NCBI GenBank assembly: GCA_053919585.1
Contig: CM132817.1
Origin: Euprymna scolopes
Taxonomy: Eukaryota
Length of the DNA: 64,000 nt
Strand: one strand, 5' to 3'
This document shows positions 1-11,960 of this stretch, piece after piece. Positions within the stretch are counted from its first letter, which is position 1. Every line of letters begins with the position of its first letter. A model generated the notes under the pieces. It saw only the letters and a program-made list of their open reading frames with translations, was not told the DNA's origin and made no database searches. Made by a program: the position numbers and the translations under genes.

Positions 1-259
1 TTTATCCATTTTTACTGGGATTCGGCGTTCCAAGGAGCTCAAAAGGGGTCACAAATGACCCAAATTGCAAAATATAACACTTTTTACACCCATAATTTTT
101 GCCCCATCCATTAGATTTTTCTGAAACTTGGCGAAATTGTGAAGGCAACGTTGGCCCTTCACCCTTCTCACGTTCATCATTTCTTCACTATTTTTTGTGA
201 CGTCATCTCACAAGCAGCACCAGAGGTGGACCACGCACGCGCGGCTTGTATGCAATTGG

Positions 260-1050
260 ATTTAGCTCGGATGACAAAAAATAATGCTGGATTTCACCTC
301 TACAGTTGATTTTCTGATTTTATTTATATAATGACTTAGATACAAGTTTAAAATGCAAAAGTTAAATATCATGGTTCGATTATTCATTTTGGATACGCCC
401 CTGTCTTATAAAAGAACCTACTGTGGATTTTATACGTCAAGTCCTTCTGCTTATGCTGTGATATAACTTCTAAAATGTACTTGCGATGTTAAACTGTTCA
501 AATTGATCAAAACCAGTTCCTTTTTTAATGGGATTTTTTTTCGATTTTATAACACAACAAATAATGAGAAGTACGTCAGCCCGGCTGCCACATATGCATA
601 ACAGATTTTAAATTGTATCAGACAACTTGCCAACATATTTCTATTTCTTTCTGCGTGTGCCGATATTCAATTCATTACTTCAAGTCGTTTAATACTAAAT
701 CTTTTTTTACCTATCTCTCGATAGCTATATGAACCTGAAATCATAAAAATGGTCAGTCATTTCATGTATAGCAATAACATACTGAATTTTCAAGGATTTA
801 CAACAATTTAAAATGCCTGTACAAAGAAAGTATGAAAACTTATTGAAGCCACTATATACTATACATAAACATCGATTCTATATGATAAAACTTGAAATGT
901 AATATATGCTATATCTGTTAATTATTTGAGAGTTTGTAACGTGTTGAAACATTAGTAAAATAAGGACAGAACTTACTGGCAAACTGCACAGTCGTTAGGT
1001 ACGCTTAAATATGATATTTTAATGTCTGCATATTAAGTATTTATTATTAT
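260..1050. repeat. Left arm of a ~0.8-1.1 kb inverted duplication (partner ~13690-14830)
   Basis: 340-880 is the near-identical reverse complement of 14050-14650; 950-1025 matches 13695-13770 in reverse. Confidence 0.85.
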
Positions 1051-1577
1051 AGAAGCAATTCACTATCGATTATTATATTTGTATCAGAAGTCTTTGTCTA
1101 ACGCAAAGCAACACAACGTTTTGGTTTAAACGTCAAGCAGAGGTTCGCTAGTCACAAGTTGACTCGAGTAGAGTTCGTTGTTCACAACACGAAATATACG
1201 CCGACGTTCTTTATTCGAATGTCTTAAACGCTTCTTCCACTCCTCCCAGTGACTCACCTTTTATGATGTTTCGGGTACACCTAATTTGCATATACCACAC
1301 GAGGCTGCTCGAGCTGTACGCGTGACCGGAGGCTTTAAAAGACAACAGCCGCCATATTAGGCCTCTTTTTTTCTTTTTCTGTCTTTCAGCCTGCTGCCGA
1401 GAGATTCTCACCCGTTTCTGAGGTAGCTCCTCTCTATGTCTATCGCAATATTAAATGCTAATATATAGCAAAGAAATCAAAATTATTGATAATACACATA
1501 TTTTAGTTCAGCGTCTCCCCTTCTTTCAAAATTTTTAATTTTATTAGTTTCGCTTACCTTTTCATTTCCCTCAACCA

Positions 1578-2765
1578 AATTCTATTTGAAACGTAAGAAA
1601 CGAAAATTATACTTCAAACGTAAGCATGTACAGATGAACGAAAATTCTATTTCAAACGTGAGCATGACTGTCAGATAAAAATTCTATTTCAGACGTGAAC
1701 ATGATAGTCAGACGAGAATTCTATTTCAAACATAAGAGTTATAGACAGACGAAAATAAACGTGACAGACTGACAAAATTCTATTTCAAATATAAGCGTGG
1801 CAGATAGGCGAAAATTCTGTTTCAAACGTAAGCGTTACAGACTGACGAAAATTCTTGGTCACACATAGGCGTGACAGAAAGACAAAATTTCTATTTCAAT
1901 CTTTAAAGATTGGTCAGTCATTTCATGTATAGCAATAACGTACTGAATTTTCAAGGCTTTACGACAATTTAAAATGCTTGTACAAAGAAAGTATGTAAAC
2001 TTATTGAAGCCACTATATACTATACATAATAAACATCGATTCTGTATGATAAAACTTGAAATGTAATATATGCTATATCTGTTAATTATTTGAGAGTTTG
2101 TAACCAAAATGTAATAGCTGTATAGTGCGATGAAAATGTGATTTGAAGCAAGATGTGCTGAAGCATATTCTAATTCAATCGCAAGTATTTTAATTACGAT
2201 GTAAGCAACGAAAATTCTATTTCAAACTTAATTGTGTCAACCGACGGAAAATTCTATTTCTAAAGCAAGTATAACAGACCGACGAAAATGTTATGTCAAA
2301 TGCTAGCGTAATAAACCGACCGAAATGCTATTTTAAAACATAAACTTTTAGAAACAGCGAAAATTTTATTTCCTTTACAAGCATGACAGATTAACGAAAA
2401 ATTATTAAAAACATATGCATGAGAGAACGACAAAAATTCTATTTCAAAAGTAAGCGTAACAGACAGACACAAATTCTATTTCAAACGACAGACTGATGAG
2501 TAGGATATTTCAAAAATAAGCATGACAGATCGACGTAAATTTTATTTCGAACTTGAGCGAGGCAAACGAACAAACATTCTATTTCCAACACAGGTATAAC
2601 TGATCAACGAAAATTTTATTTCAAATGTAGGCATGACAGACTTGCGAAAATTTTATTTCAAGGTAAGCGAGACAAACGAACTAAAACTTTACTTCAGGCA
2701 AAGATTCTACAAACCGACGAAAATTGTTATTCTAAACTAAGCTTGACAAACAGACGTAAATTAAT
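1578..2765 (+). repeat. Degenerate ~37-38 bp minisatellite array (unit ~GAAAATTCTATTTCAAACGTAAGCATGACAGACAGAC), interrupted at ~1910-2200
   Basis: AAAATTCTATTTCAAA core recurs about every 38 bp; 1910-2104 is a copy of 750-940. Confidence 0.85.
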
Positions 2766-3367
2766 TTACGATACGACCGGCGGGAATGGCTTTTATAAGT
2801 TTTCTTAATTAATTCGATTACTTCAGCTCAAAAATAAAGTCACCTACCTCAGATCGGAATCGTTTGTTTCAATGTTTCAAATAGAGCTCATTGTAAACGT
2901 TCGTCTTTGGAAGTTTCCAACGTTGATTGACGAACAGGATTATAGTTTTTTTATAAAGAGGCACTGGACGTGAATCACCTTCAATTCTTACCACGAAGCT
3001 CGCAAATTGAACGGTCCAATTAACAATTTATTGTTTTTTATATTAGTTTTAATTACGTACGTGTGAGCTGCATCGGAGATTAGACGGGTTGGCCGGAAGG
3101 GGTATCGTGTTGGTTGTGGGACAAAGGTTTGGAAGTGGATATGTCAAGGTTGTGAGAAAAGGAGGTGTAGAGGGCAAGGAAAAACCGAGCGATGAGGTGA
3201 AAGAGGGTGGAAAGTAGGAGGTGGATTGAGTGGTGACAGACGGAGTCTGAGAGGCAAATTGTGAGGAATGAAGAGATTGTAAGTTTTCAAGTAGAAAGAG
3301 AAAAATAAGCTGGAAAAAGAAATATAAAGAAAATGAAAGAGGCATAAAAGGATACAAGAATTAGAGA

Positions 3368-3418
<51 letters not shown>

Positions 3419-3712
3419 AAATAGTGTAAAGTTTTCTGCGTGTAAAAAAGAGGAAAAGAGGATGAAGAGGATATGATGCAATGAGAAAAAGAGAGAGTAA
3501 GAAAGGGTAAAGTTTTCTGTGTGCATTTCTAGCTAAAAGCCAACAACTACAAAACAAGCACCCACAATTACGTTTCTGATTTTTTAAGATGTGGATTGAC
3601 TATTCATATCATTTGGATTATTCAGACAGCTGCTCTCACCTTGAGTGTAAAATTCCCGAGATCGACATAACAATTCCGGTAGACAAAAAAAGATTACCAA
3701 GTTCGACAAGAA

Positions 3713-3757
3713 ACACCCGAAGAAGGTCGGAAGTTACATCGACCCAAACGTTGTGCA
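3713..3757 (+). ncRNA. Degenerate PLE-type hammerhead motif
   Basis: CCGAAGA-AGGTCG...CGACC-CAAAC-GTTGTG; same layout as 58513-58551 with core mutations. Confidence 0.45.
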
Positions 3758-4626
3758 AATAACACCCAATATGAGTACAGTAGTCCGAGGAATCCAAATA
3801 ATATAAAACATGCATAAAGTTGGTATTTTCTTCATTTGTATTTCCCAGGATGAATAAGATCTAAATTAAAAAGATATATATTCATTCTGTAGAGGGAGAA
3901 AAATACACCAATTTTCCGATTCGGATATCGATTCCAATACAATGAAAAGTTAAAGTTTTTCCAATTACTTATTCCGATTCCGATTAATCGTTCCAATACG
4001 ATTTGTCTAACCAGGATAAACTACGTTGTAACATTTGTATAGTACAGCTGTTAATGTTTGCTACATTAGTAGAACAACAAAGGCTACTTTGACAAGTGTG
4101 GAGCTACGTTAAATCTATTTCAACCTGTATTTTTCTGTTTAAAATAATAAACCTTGATTTGTCTAACAACAAAAAATACGTTGTACCATTTGTATAGTAT
4201 AATTGTTAATGTTAGCTATAGTAGTAAAAGAACCGGGGTTACTTTGACAAACGTGGAGCTTCTATGTTACATCTATCTAAATATACTCTTTCACCGTTCC
4301 GTTCTGTATTGTCAACATTGCAATCCGCGTTATTTAATTCATACTAAATTTACTTTTTTTTATATCTTAAAACGTAGATTCCAATAGAATTACCGATGCT
4401 GTTCTAAATTCGATACAGTTATCGATTCTAAATTGTTTAAATTTCTAAATATCGAGTTATAAATTTTTTTTCTTTTTAATTTGGTGATCGTATAGTGGCG
4501 AGATATATAGATTTAAGTTTCCTTAGTTGTTTAAAATCGATAACTATTTATCCTTTCATCATAAGTTACAGCAATTGAAAATTGAGTTTTCCTCTTATAA
4601 CACAGAGAGCGATGGATCCAGGGCGA

Positions 4627-5530
4627 ATCTATATATCTATAAAAGTAAGAATGTGTGTGCGTGAATACACATCTCAACCTATATATTACACGAATTCTTA
4701 GTCTAGAGACTTGAAATTTGGTATATAGGGTATTCAGACTTGTGGAGATTTTTTAAATCGGTTTTCACCCTAAAAAAGTGCCGCTAAGAGGTCAAAATTG
4801 AAAAATTATTACTTGGGAGAAGGGGTCATCGAATTTTAATCTGTTTGCTGTTTCACAAATACGCATGCGCAAATCGCTCTAATGTCAAATTGTTCATGTT
4901 AAGATGAAGTAGGTTTGAAAACACTTTTTCGAGAACGTGTCAAGCTGGCCTAATAGTTATGGTACTTGCCTCACTATCTTTAGGCTTTGGTTTCAATCTC
5001 AGCCTGCGTGTTTTTTTTTTTTTTTTTTTTTTTACTTACGCGAAGTGAACTGTTTAGGAAAACCCATAAACTCGCATGCACATGTCTCAATTTCTTTCGC
5101 CTTTTTTTTTTACTTCATTTTTTAAAAAAAGAAATTTAACTTTATGTTTAATACCTACGGTGTTTCGCCCGGCCCCTGCGGGGGCTGGGCATGAATATCA
5201 AAGTGTAGTATCTGTTCCGGAAGATACTGCAATCAAAGACCATATGTGGGGGAAACCCCACATATAAGACCATTGCTCTCGAGCAATCAGTTATTGGTCA
5301 CTGTAGAGGAAACCCTTCATATCAATTGTCACTATCCAGTACCTCTCGGGGGAACTGGTCCCCTCCCCTTCACTCTCCACGTTAAAAAACGGCCTTGTGC
5401 CTAATTTGCTAAGTGGGGAAGCAAATAAATAACGGTGTTTCCGTTTATAATAAATAAGAGTACTGCATGGATTAAAATATCATTTTCTGCGTATTTTACG
5501 AACAGGCAACATTAGGCGGCCTGCTAATAA
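4627..5530 (+). mobile_element. Non-autonomous Helitron-like element (related 5' part at ~38023-38390), carrying a tRNA-like segment and a nested structured insertion
   Basis: 5' TCTATATATCTATAAAAGT followed by TG-rich tract; degenerate 3' end CAGGCAACATTAGGCGGCCTGCTAA resembles the hairpin-CTAG ends elsewhere. Confidence 0.55.
5167..5431 (+). mobile_element. Structured SINE-like element, family S1, with 10-bp TSD
   Basis: ACGGTGTTTC at 5157-5166 and 5432-5441; ends GCAAATAAATA; homologous to 53660-54068 in reverse. Confidence 0.75.
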
Positions 5531-5733
5531 CACTATAAATTTCTAGTAACACTATAAATTGCTAGTAACACTATAAATTGCTAGTAACGCTATAAATTGC
5601 TAGTAACACTATAAATTGCTAGTAACACTATAAATTTCTAGTAACGCTATAAATTGCTAGTAACACTATAAATTGCTAGTAACGCTATAAATTGATAGTA
5701 ATACTATAAATTGCTAATAACTCTATAAATTGC
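5523..5733 (+). repeat. 19-bp tandem array (GCTAGTAACACTATAAATT) x ~11
   Basis: Near-perfect direct tandem units. Confidence 0.95.
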
Positions 5734-6289
5734 CGGGTGCGTTACTTGGTTTGTCAAAGGGACATTTGTTGCGAACGGGAACAGCAACCAGGGGAATAAA
5801 CCATATGTGCATATAGAGGATAGACGTTCGTCTCACCAGCTAGGGGTCACTAGGTTGATTTGGGTCGATTTAATACCGACCACATCTGCTGGTGGGTCTC
5901 TTTTGACGTCATTACGGGCAGGGTTTTATCAACGTTGCTAATAACAGAGACCGTTGGGCTGGATTGAACACTTGTCCAAATAAGCGACAAGACATCTTTT
6001 TTTTACATATGAAAATAAGATTATTTTATTTTAAACAATTAGCATATTGATTGTAGACACACGTTTTTCGTCGGCCGGCGCAAAAATGCTATGCGTTTCG
6101 CTAATGTGGTGTTTGGATTCACAACTTCAACCGTTAAAACAATTCTTCTTTCTTTGCAAGAGAAAGAAAGATTTTTGATTGGTTGTTTTTGTTTTACGGC
6201 ATATCAACCCTTTTCAGGTTATTTAATGCCGAATCCAAAAATTCGGAAGAAAAATGTTTTAATAGAATATATTTGTTGTTTTCAAGTCG

Positions 6290-6450
6290 GTTTCTTTTTA
6301 ACCCATAGTTGGGACCCTAACAGGTACTACCACTCCGGGTCAGAGTGGACCTGGGAACAATGGCAATTAAAGGGTGGCTCCACACTTCCCAAAGCCCGCA
6401 AGCTGGGGCCTCACCACTGGATATAGTTTAAGGTCATGTCCAGAACCAGA
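6290..6450 (-). mobile_element. Fragment of an abundant SINE/RTE-related repeat
   Basis: GGGACCCTAACAGGTACTACCACTCCGGGTCAGAGTGGACCTGGG matches a repeat I recall from octopod genomes (memory only). Confidence 0.5.
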
Positions 6451-6604
6451 GAGAAAGAGACTTATAAGAAAAAGAGAACAACAAAAGAAAGGGAGAGAGA
6501 TATATCAAAATATCATTTAAACACTACCGTGTTTGGATGAATGGTTAAGTGTTAGTTTTTCTCATTTAGAACTGCTTTAAAGTTTCACCACTCACTCATG
6601 TGAT

Positions 6605-6670
<66 letters not shown>

Positions 6671-7153
6671 ATATAACTACTTCATTTAATCACATAAATT
6701 AATATACAAAAACATAATTTTATGCATAAATTTTCAGTATTTACTTCAATAGTGCTCAATACATAGGTAGAGCTAGGTAGTAAGTTATAAAAATATATAT
6801 GGCGATTAAATTACACAGAATATCCCGCATTTCATTCTCATGAGAATTCGTCAGGCATAAGCCTTCACGAGAATGAAACGCGGAATATTCTGTGTAGCTT
6901 AATCNNNNNNNNNNNNNNNNNNNNNNNNNNNNNNNNNNNNNNNNNNNNNNNNNNNNNNNNNNNNNNNNNNNNNNNNNNNNNNNNNNNNNNNNNNNNNNNN
7001 NNNNNNNNNNNNNNNNNNNNNNNNNNNNNNNNNNNNNGGTTTCCTAGAAGTAAATCCAATTAAGCCTGTGTGATTATTAAAGAGTGCTCAATGGAGGACA
7101 GAGCTGGTATATAATCTATTTATTATACAAATATCATTGGTTACATATGTGCA

Positions 7154-7198
7154 TACATGTTTCAGTGGAATCCTAATTAAAGGTGACCACTTCATCAG
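7154..7198 (-). ncRNA. Minimal type I hammerhead-like motif (related copy 62962-63006)
   Basis: Reverse strand CTGATGA-AGTGG...CCACT-GAAA-CATG-TA; stem I poorly paired. Confidence 0.55.
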
Positions 7199-7901
7199 AC
7201 AAAAAATCAATTTTAGTCATTTAGAACTGCTTTAAAGCTTCACCACTCACTCATTTTTCGACTAAATTTCAAACAATTATTACAGTTTATAGATCACCTT
7301 CTCAGCTATATTTTGAAATGATAATGCTCAATTTTCGTACATTAAGACAAAAGTTATAATAAAATTACTGGTGTTCAAAAGTCCTCAGAATAAGTAAGGA
7401 GCGTTAGTAACGGTTTCTTCTGATTGGCCGTTGGTTACCATAGCAACTTTTTCAACATTGACGTTTTAGAGACAATTCCTTTTGATTAGATTTTGGTTAC
7501 CATAGCAACTTTTTCGTAGACACCTACATAAACTATACCGGGAATTTCGCTTGCATGCCATCTTATTTGGTTTATATAGAGAGGGAGTTAACAAAAATGA
7601 TGCTCTTTGCCGTGATAGAGCTGATAATATGTCGCTTAAAACATCACCTGTTAATTCTGTTTTTCTCTTTTTAGCCGTGCTAGGGCTGACAATCTTTCGC
7701 TGACGACATCGCCCATTAATTCTGTTTCTCTCTTTTTGTCTCTTCTTTCTGTTCATTTACTTAATTACGTCTTTTATTTGATTTTATATGTAGACAATTT
7801 AAGAAGTTGGTAATAATTTTTTATGGATTGTTGACAATGTGCATGATATTGAACATAAAAAAGAAAATATTATTTCAAAGCAAAGCCTGGAAAAATCATG
7901 G

Positions 7902-8240
7902 ATTATATAGAAAAACGAGAGCATGAAAAGTAATATGGTTAAGATTAAACTAAGAAAAGTAAAAGGACTAGTTGTAAAAACTGGAAAAGAAAAAGACAAG
8001 ATATTCTAGTAAAAAATACAATAAATTTATAACTTGAAATATTGCAGCATTAAGAATAAAAATCAATTTAACATCATATATAAATTCTTAATGCTGCAAT
8101 ATTTTAAGTTATAAATGTATTGTTTTTTTTTACTAGAATATCTTGTCTTTTTCTTTTCCAGTTTTAACAACTAGTCCTTTCACTTTTCTAAGTTTAATCT
8201 TAACCATATTACTTTTCATGCTCGCATTTTTCTGTGTAAT
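7902..8240. repeat. Long palindrome: ~157-bp inverted arms, ~24-nt spacer
   Basis: 7902-8058 is the reverse complement of 8083-8240 with few mismatches. Confidence 0.92.
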
Positions 8241-9699
8241 AGAGACATGCATACCCGCTAAGAAAACAAAGCGGCTGAAATATTATTTTGGTTTTTAAAT
8301 CACCGGCGACAGCAGCCAGGTTTAACTTTCGAGCATCTGTGTGTGGCTTTGACTTTTTTGAGTTTTATAAACAACTGTCAATCTCAAAATTTGGAAGGCC
8401 TAACATTTTGAATATCTGCGTCATGCCGTACATAACAAGTCTAGCACAGGGTTCACTCTGCGAGACCCCCCCCAGCTGTGCCACAATTATATTAAAAACA
8501 ATGAGACACAAAAAAAAACGCGTGCAGGAAGATCACTACACCAACGCGCCAAAAGCTCTTGAAGAAAAGCAAGGGAATCGATCAGACAGAGGTTACTTTG
8601 ACAATTACTATGGTAATCCGAGTTTAAACTGTATTTTTTTAGTTTTAACTGACCAACCTTGATTTATATAGTCCCTAAAATTACGTTGTAACATTTTAAT
8701 GATAAAACTGTAAAATATTTTACATCCCCCCCCCAAAAAAAAACACGCATGTCCTTGTGCCCAAACTCTTGCTAAAGAGGATAAATATATTCTTTTCCCA
8801 TTTCATTGCAAGCAGCGTTTTTTTTTTTATTAATACTTAATTAAATTTTATATTTTAAAACGTAGAAATGTTTACACCTGGTCTCCACCAAACGAGGGCA
8901 ACTTGAAACGCCAGGTTATTTCCTTAAGCGATTTGTATACAAAACGTTCCGTCAAAACTTGCAATCGATTTTCAAAATGTCAACAATGTTATAGCAAGCC
9001 ATTATTACTTCAAACATCCAGAAAAACAAACATCAAAGTTGAAAATAATGTATATTCTTATCAGGCAAGTTTAATTATAAAATACAAAGTTTTTTGTCCA
9101 CATCTTGTAGATGAGGAATAATAATCTGAATAATTTAGAAATATTCNNNNNNNNNNNNNNNNNNNNNNNNNNNNNNNNNNNNNNNNNNNNNNNNNNNNNN
9201 NNNNNNNNNNNNNNNNNNNNNNNNNNNNNNNNNNNNNNNNNNNNNNNNNNNNNNNNNNNNNNNNNNNNNNNNNNNNNNNNNNNNNNNNNNNNNNNNNNNN
9301 NNNNNNNNNNNNNNNNNNNNNNNNNNNNNNNNNNNNNNNNNNNNNNNNNNNNNNNNNNNNNNNNNCTCATTTGGGCTCATCAGTTAGGCACATTCGAACT
9401 CAGGATTCGAAACCCAAGCCTCTTGCACGCGAGGAAAGCACTACAAACCGAGCAAACGAGCCACACACAAGAAAGTCTTATTAACTATCATAGATCAAGC
9501 AAACCGCAAACAAATCCGACAGCGGAATGCACCTACCTTCGTCTCGAACAAGAAATGTGATCATCGCAATCAGCCTTAACCCAAGTCGATGTCTCACTAG
9601 TATGAATTTATACTTGCTAGGGATGTCATAACGCAAGCCTATCCTAACGAGCAATGTATTTTCAGAATGTGTGAGAGAATATATAATTTATCCATTGCC

Positions 9700-9737
9700 A
9701 GACTGATGAGCCCAAATGAGGGCGAAACTCGAGTCTT
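9700..9737 (+). ncRNA. Minimal hammerhead motif; inverted partial copy at 9366-9385
   Basis: CTGATGA-GCCC-AAATGA-GGGC-GAAA-CTCGAG-TC: full core, 4-bp stem II, palindromic stem III, GUC triplet; stem I weak. Confidence 0.7.
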
Positions 9738-9782
9738 AAACTTTCGGTTTGTTGGCTTTCGTGGCTGTGCTGGCTGCAATGT

Positions 9783-9841
<59 letters not shown>

Positions 9842-9842
<1 letters not shown>

Positions 9843-10998
9843 CGGTTGACCTAGATATATATAAAGCTTTTGACAGGATATGGCACGATGGTCTTCTCAG
9901 GAAAATCAGGTCATATGGTATCACTGGAAGAATACATAACTTAATTAAATCCTTCTCAAGTAAGAGAAGAATCCAGGTTGTCGTCGAGGGTCGTATATCT
10001 GAACAATATAATATAAATGCGGGAGTGCCTCAGGGGTCAATCCTTGGAGCTTTATTATTCCTAATATTTATAAATGACCTCTCTGATAAAATTGTCTCTG
10101 AGATAGGTATATTTGCTGATGACACCACGTTCTATAACAGCCCCAAGGGGAAAACCAATGAACACATATCTAAGGAAATGGCAGAAACACTAGAGGAAGA
10201 CTTCCAATCTGTAGTAGAATGGGGACAAAAATGGATGATCACATTCAATGCCGCTAAGACTAAGCTTGTTTCCTTTAATAATTACAAGAAATCTTCTCTA
10301 ACACCAATAGCAATGGCTAAAAACAGATTATCAGAACATACTTCTTTTAAATTCCTCGGCCTACCGCTCAGAGGGAACAAGAGAGCATTGCCAATGCTGT
10401 TCCGAAGAAAGTGGGATCTCTCTACCGTGCTAGAAAGCTACTTACGCCTGAAAGTATCCTTTACCTCTATAAGGCCTCCATTTGCCTATATATGGAGTAC
10501 CGTTGTCACATTTGGGCTGGTGCATCTGCTACTAGTTACTCACTTTTGGACAAGGTTCAAAAGAGAGTCACTAACCTGATAGGTCCTAAACTGTCGTCTA
10601 AGCTTCAACCTCTGTTCCATCAACGAAATGTGGAATCCCTCTGCCGGTTCTACAAGTATTTTAACGGTGAATGCTCTTACGAACTACAAGCCCTTGTACC
10701 CCCTCGACGTAAATACCCCGACAAACTCGCCAAGAAGCTAAATCTTACCCCTTCACAGTAGAGATTCCTAGGTATGAGAAAATCTTCTACTCTGATAGTT
10801 TCTTTCCCATAACTGCTAGACATTGAAACTTCCATCCGGGATTCTGCTTTCCCAACTGTACTGACATGCAGAAGTTCAAGTGTAATGTGAACAAACATCT
10901 TGCTGCTTATCTCCCTTCATAATATCCCTGCAACTTATGTTCCCGATAGCATCCCCCTACTTCAAAGTGGAACTGTGCCTTGTTTGGGGTGAAAATTG

Positions 10999-11000
<2 letters not shown>
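9842..11000 (+). mobile_element. 5'-truncated CR1/L2-like LINE: RT C-terminal half plus 3' UTR, frameshifted
   Basis: DIYKAFDRIWHDGL, GVPQGSILG, FADDT, then LYLYKASI..MEYRCHIW in another frame; flanked by TA arrays. Confidence 0.92.
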
Positions 11001-11029
<29 letters not shown>

Positions 11030-11037
<8 letters not shown>

Positions 11038-11894
11038 TGAACGTGTCTGTGTGTCTTTCTGTCTGTCTGTCTGTGTGTCTGTGTACATTTTCTACCGCAA
11101 TAACTGTCAATTTTTAGTCTGCAGACGCGAAATTTGATATACAGGGTACTGAGATTTAGGAAAATCTTTGTAATCCGTTTTCGGCTGTTAAGGGGTCAAA
11201 GTTCAACGATTTGACTTTTGAGAACTCCTCCGACAATTTTGGGTCTAAACACTTGAAATTTTAGATATGAGTTCCTTGGACAAGGATCTAACTTAATAAC
11301 TTGAATTGAACCCAAAACAATAAATGTTAAGGAGTCATAATAGTAGTCAAAGTTAAAAAAAATTAACCTCTGCGGTCAAATTACTCACACAATTTCTGGT
11401 CTAAACATTTGAAATTCTACATAAAGTGTATTCAGAGATAGGGCAAGCTTTTTAATCGGTTTGGGTCGAAAATTTTAGTTACCAATATATAAATGTATGC
11501 ATGTATGTTTGCATTCCTGCCTAAAACTTTCGAAAGAAGCGACAGATTTTACCAAAGTCAGTATCGTTTTGAAGTTCATCCGTTCAGACGACAAATATCG
11601 AAAAATTGGCTAAAAACATTAATATCTTCACCTTCAACTTGGCACTTTTCTACAGGGGGGGGGGTCGCTTTTTTGCCGATATCTTTGAAAGTCATCCTCT
11701 CCTTTTCGATTGTCTAGCCTTAATTTAAACATAAGTCATTTCCGGTTTGGCAGTGGTCGTAACAGCAAAGACGTCAGGGGGTTTCCAGTTCTTTTCTTTC
11801 TTTGCGGTACGGGTTCGAGCCTGACTTCCTACTACCACTTTTTTTGCTCAACATACACATCCAAACACCCGGGCAACGCCGGGCTGAAATGTTA

Positions 11895-11895
<1 letters not shown>
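11030..11895 (+). mobile_element. Non-autonomous Helitron family A, long copy
   Basis: 5' TATAAGTGAACGTGTCTG plus (CTGT)n; 3' hairpin CCCGGGCAACGCCGGG then TTAG|T; homologs at 25198, 26620, 38582, 60403, 63800. Confidence 0.8.

Positions 11896-11959
<64 letters not shown>

Positions 11960-11960
<1 letters not shown>

Noticed and set aside
1578-2765. CRISPR-like look of a conserved core alternating with variable segments
   Set aside because: The variable parts are homologous to each other, there are no cas genes and the context is eukaryotic; it is a degenerate minisatellite
9749-9841. Signal-peptide-like start on the RT ORF
   Set aside because: Chance read-through of a (TA)n array into a truncated LINE
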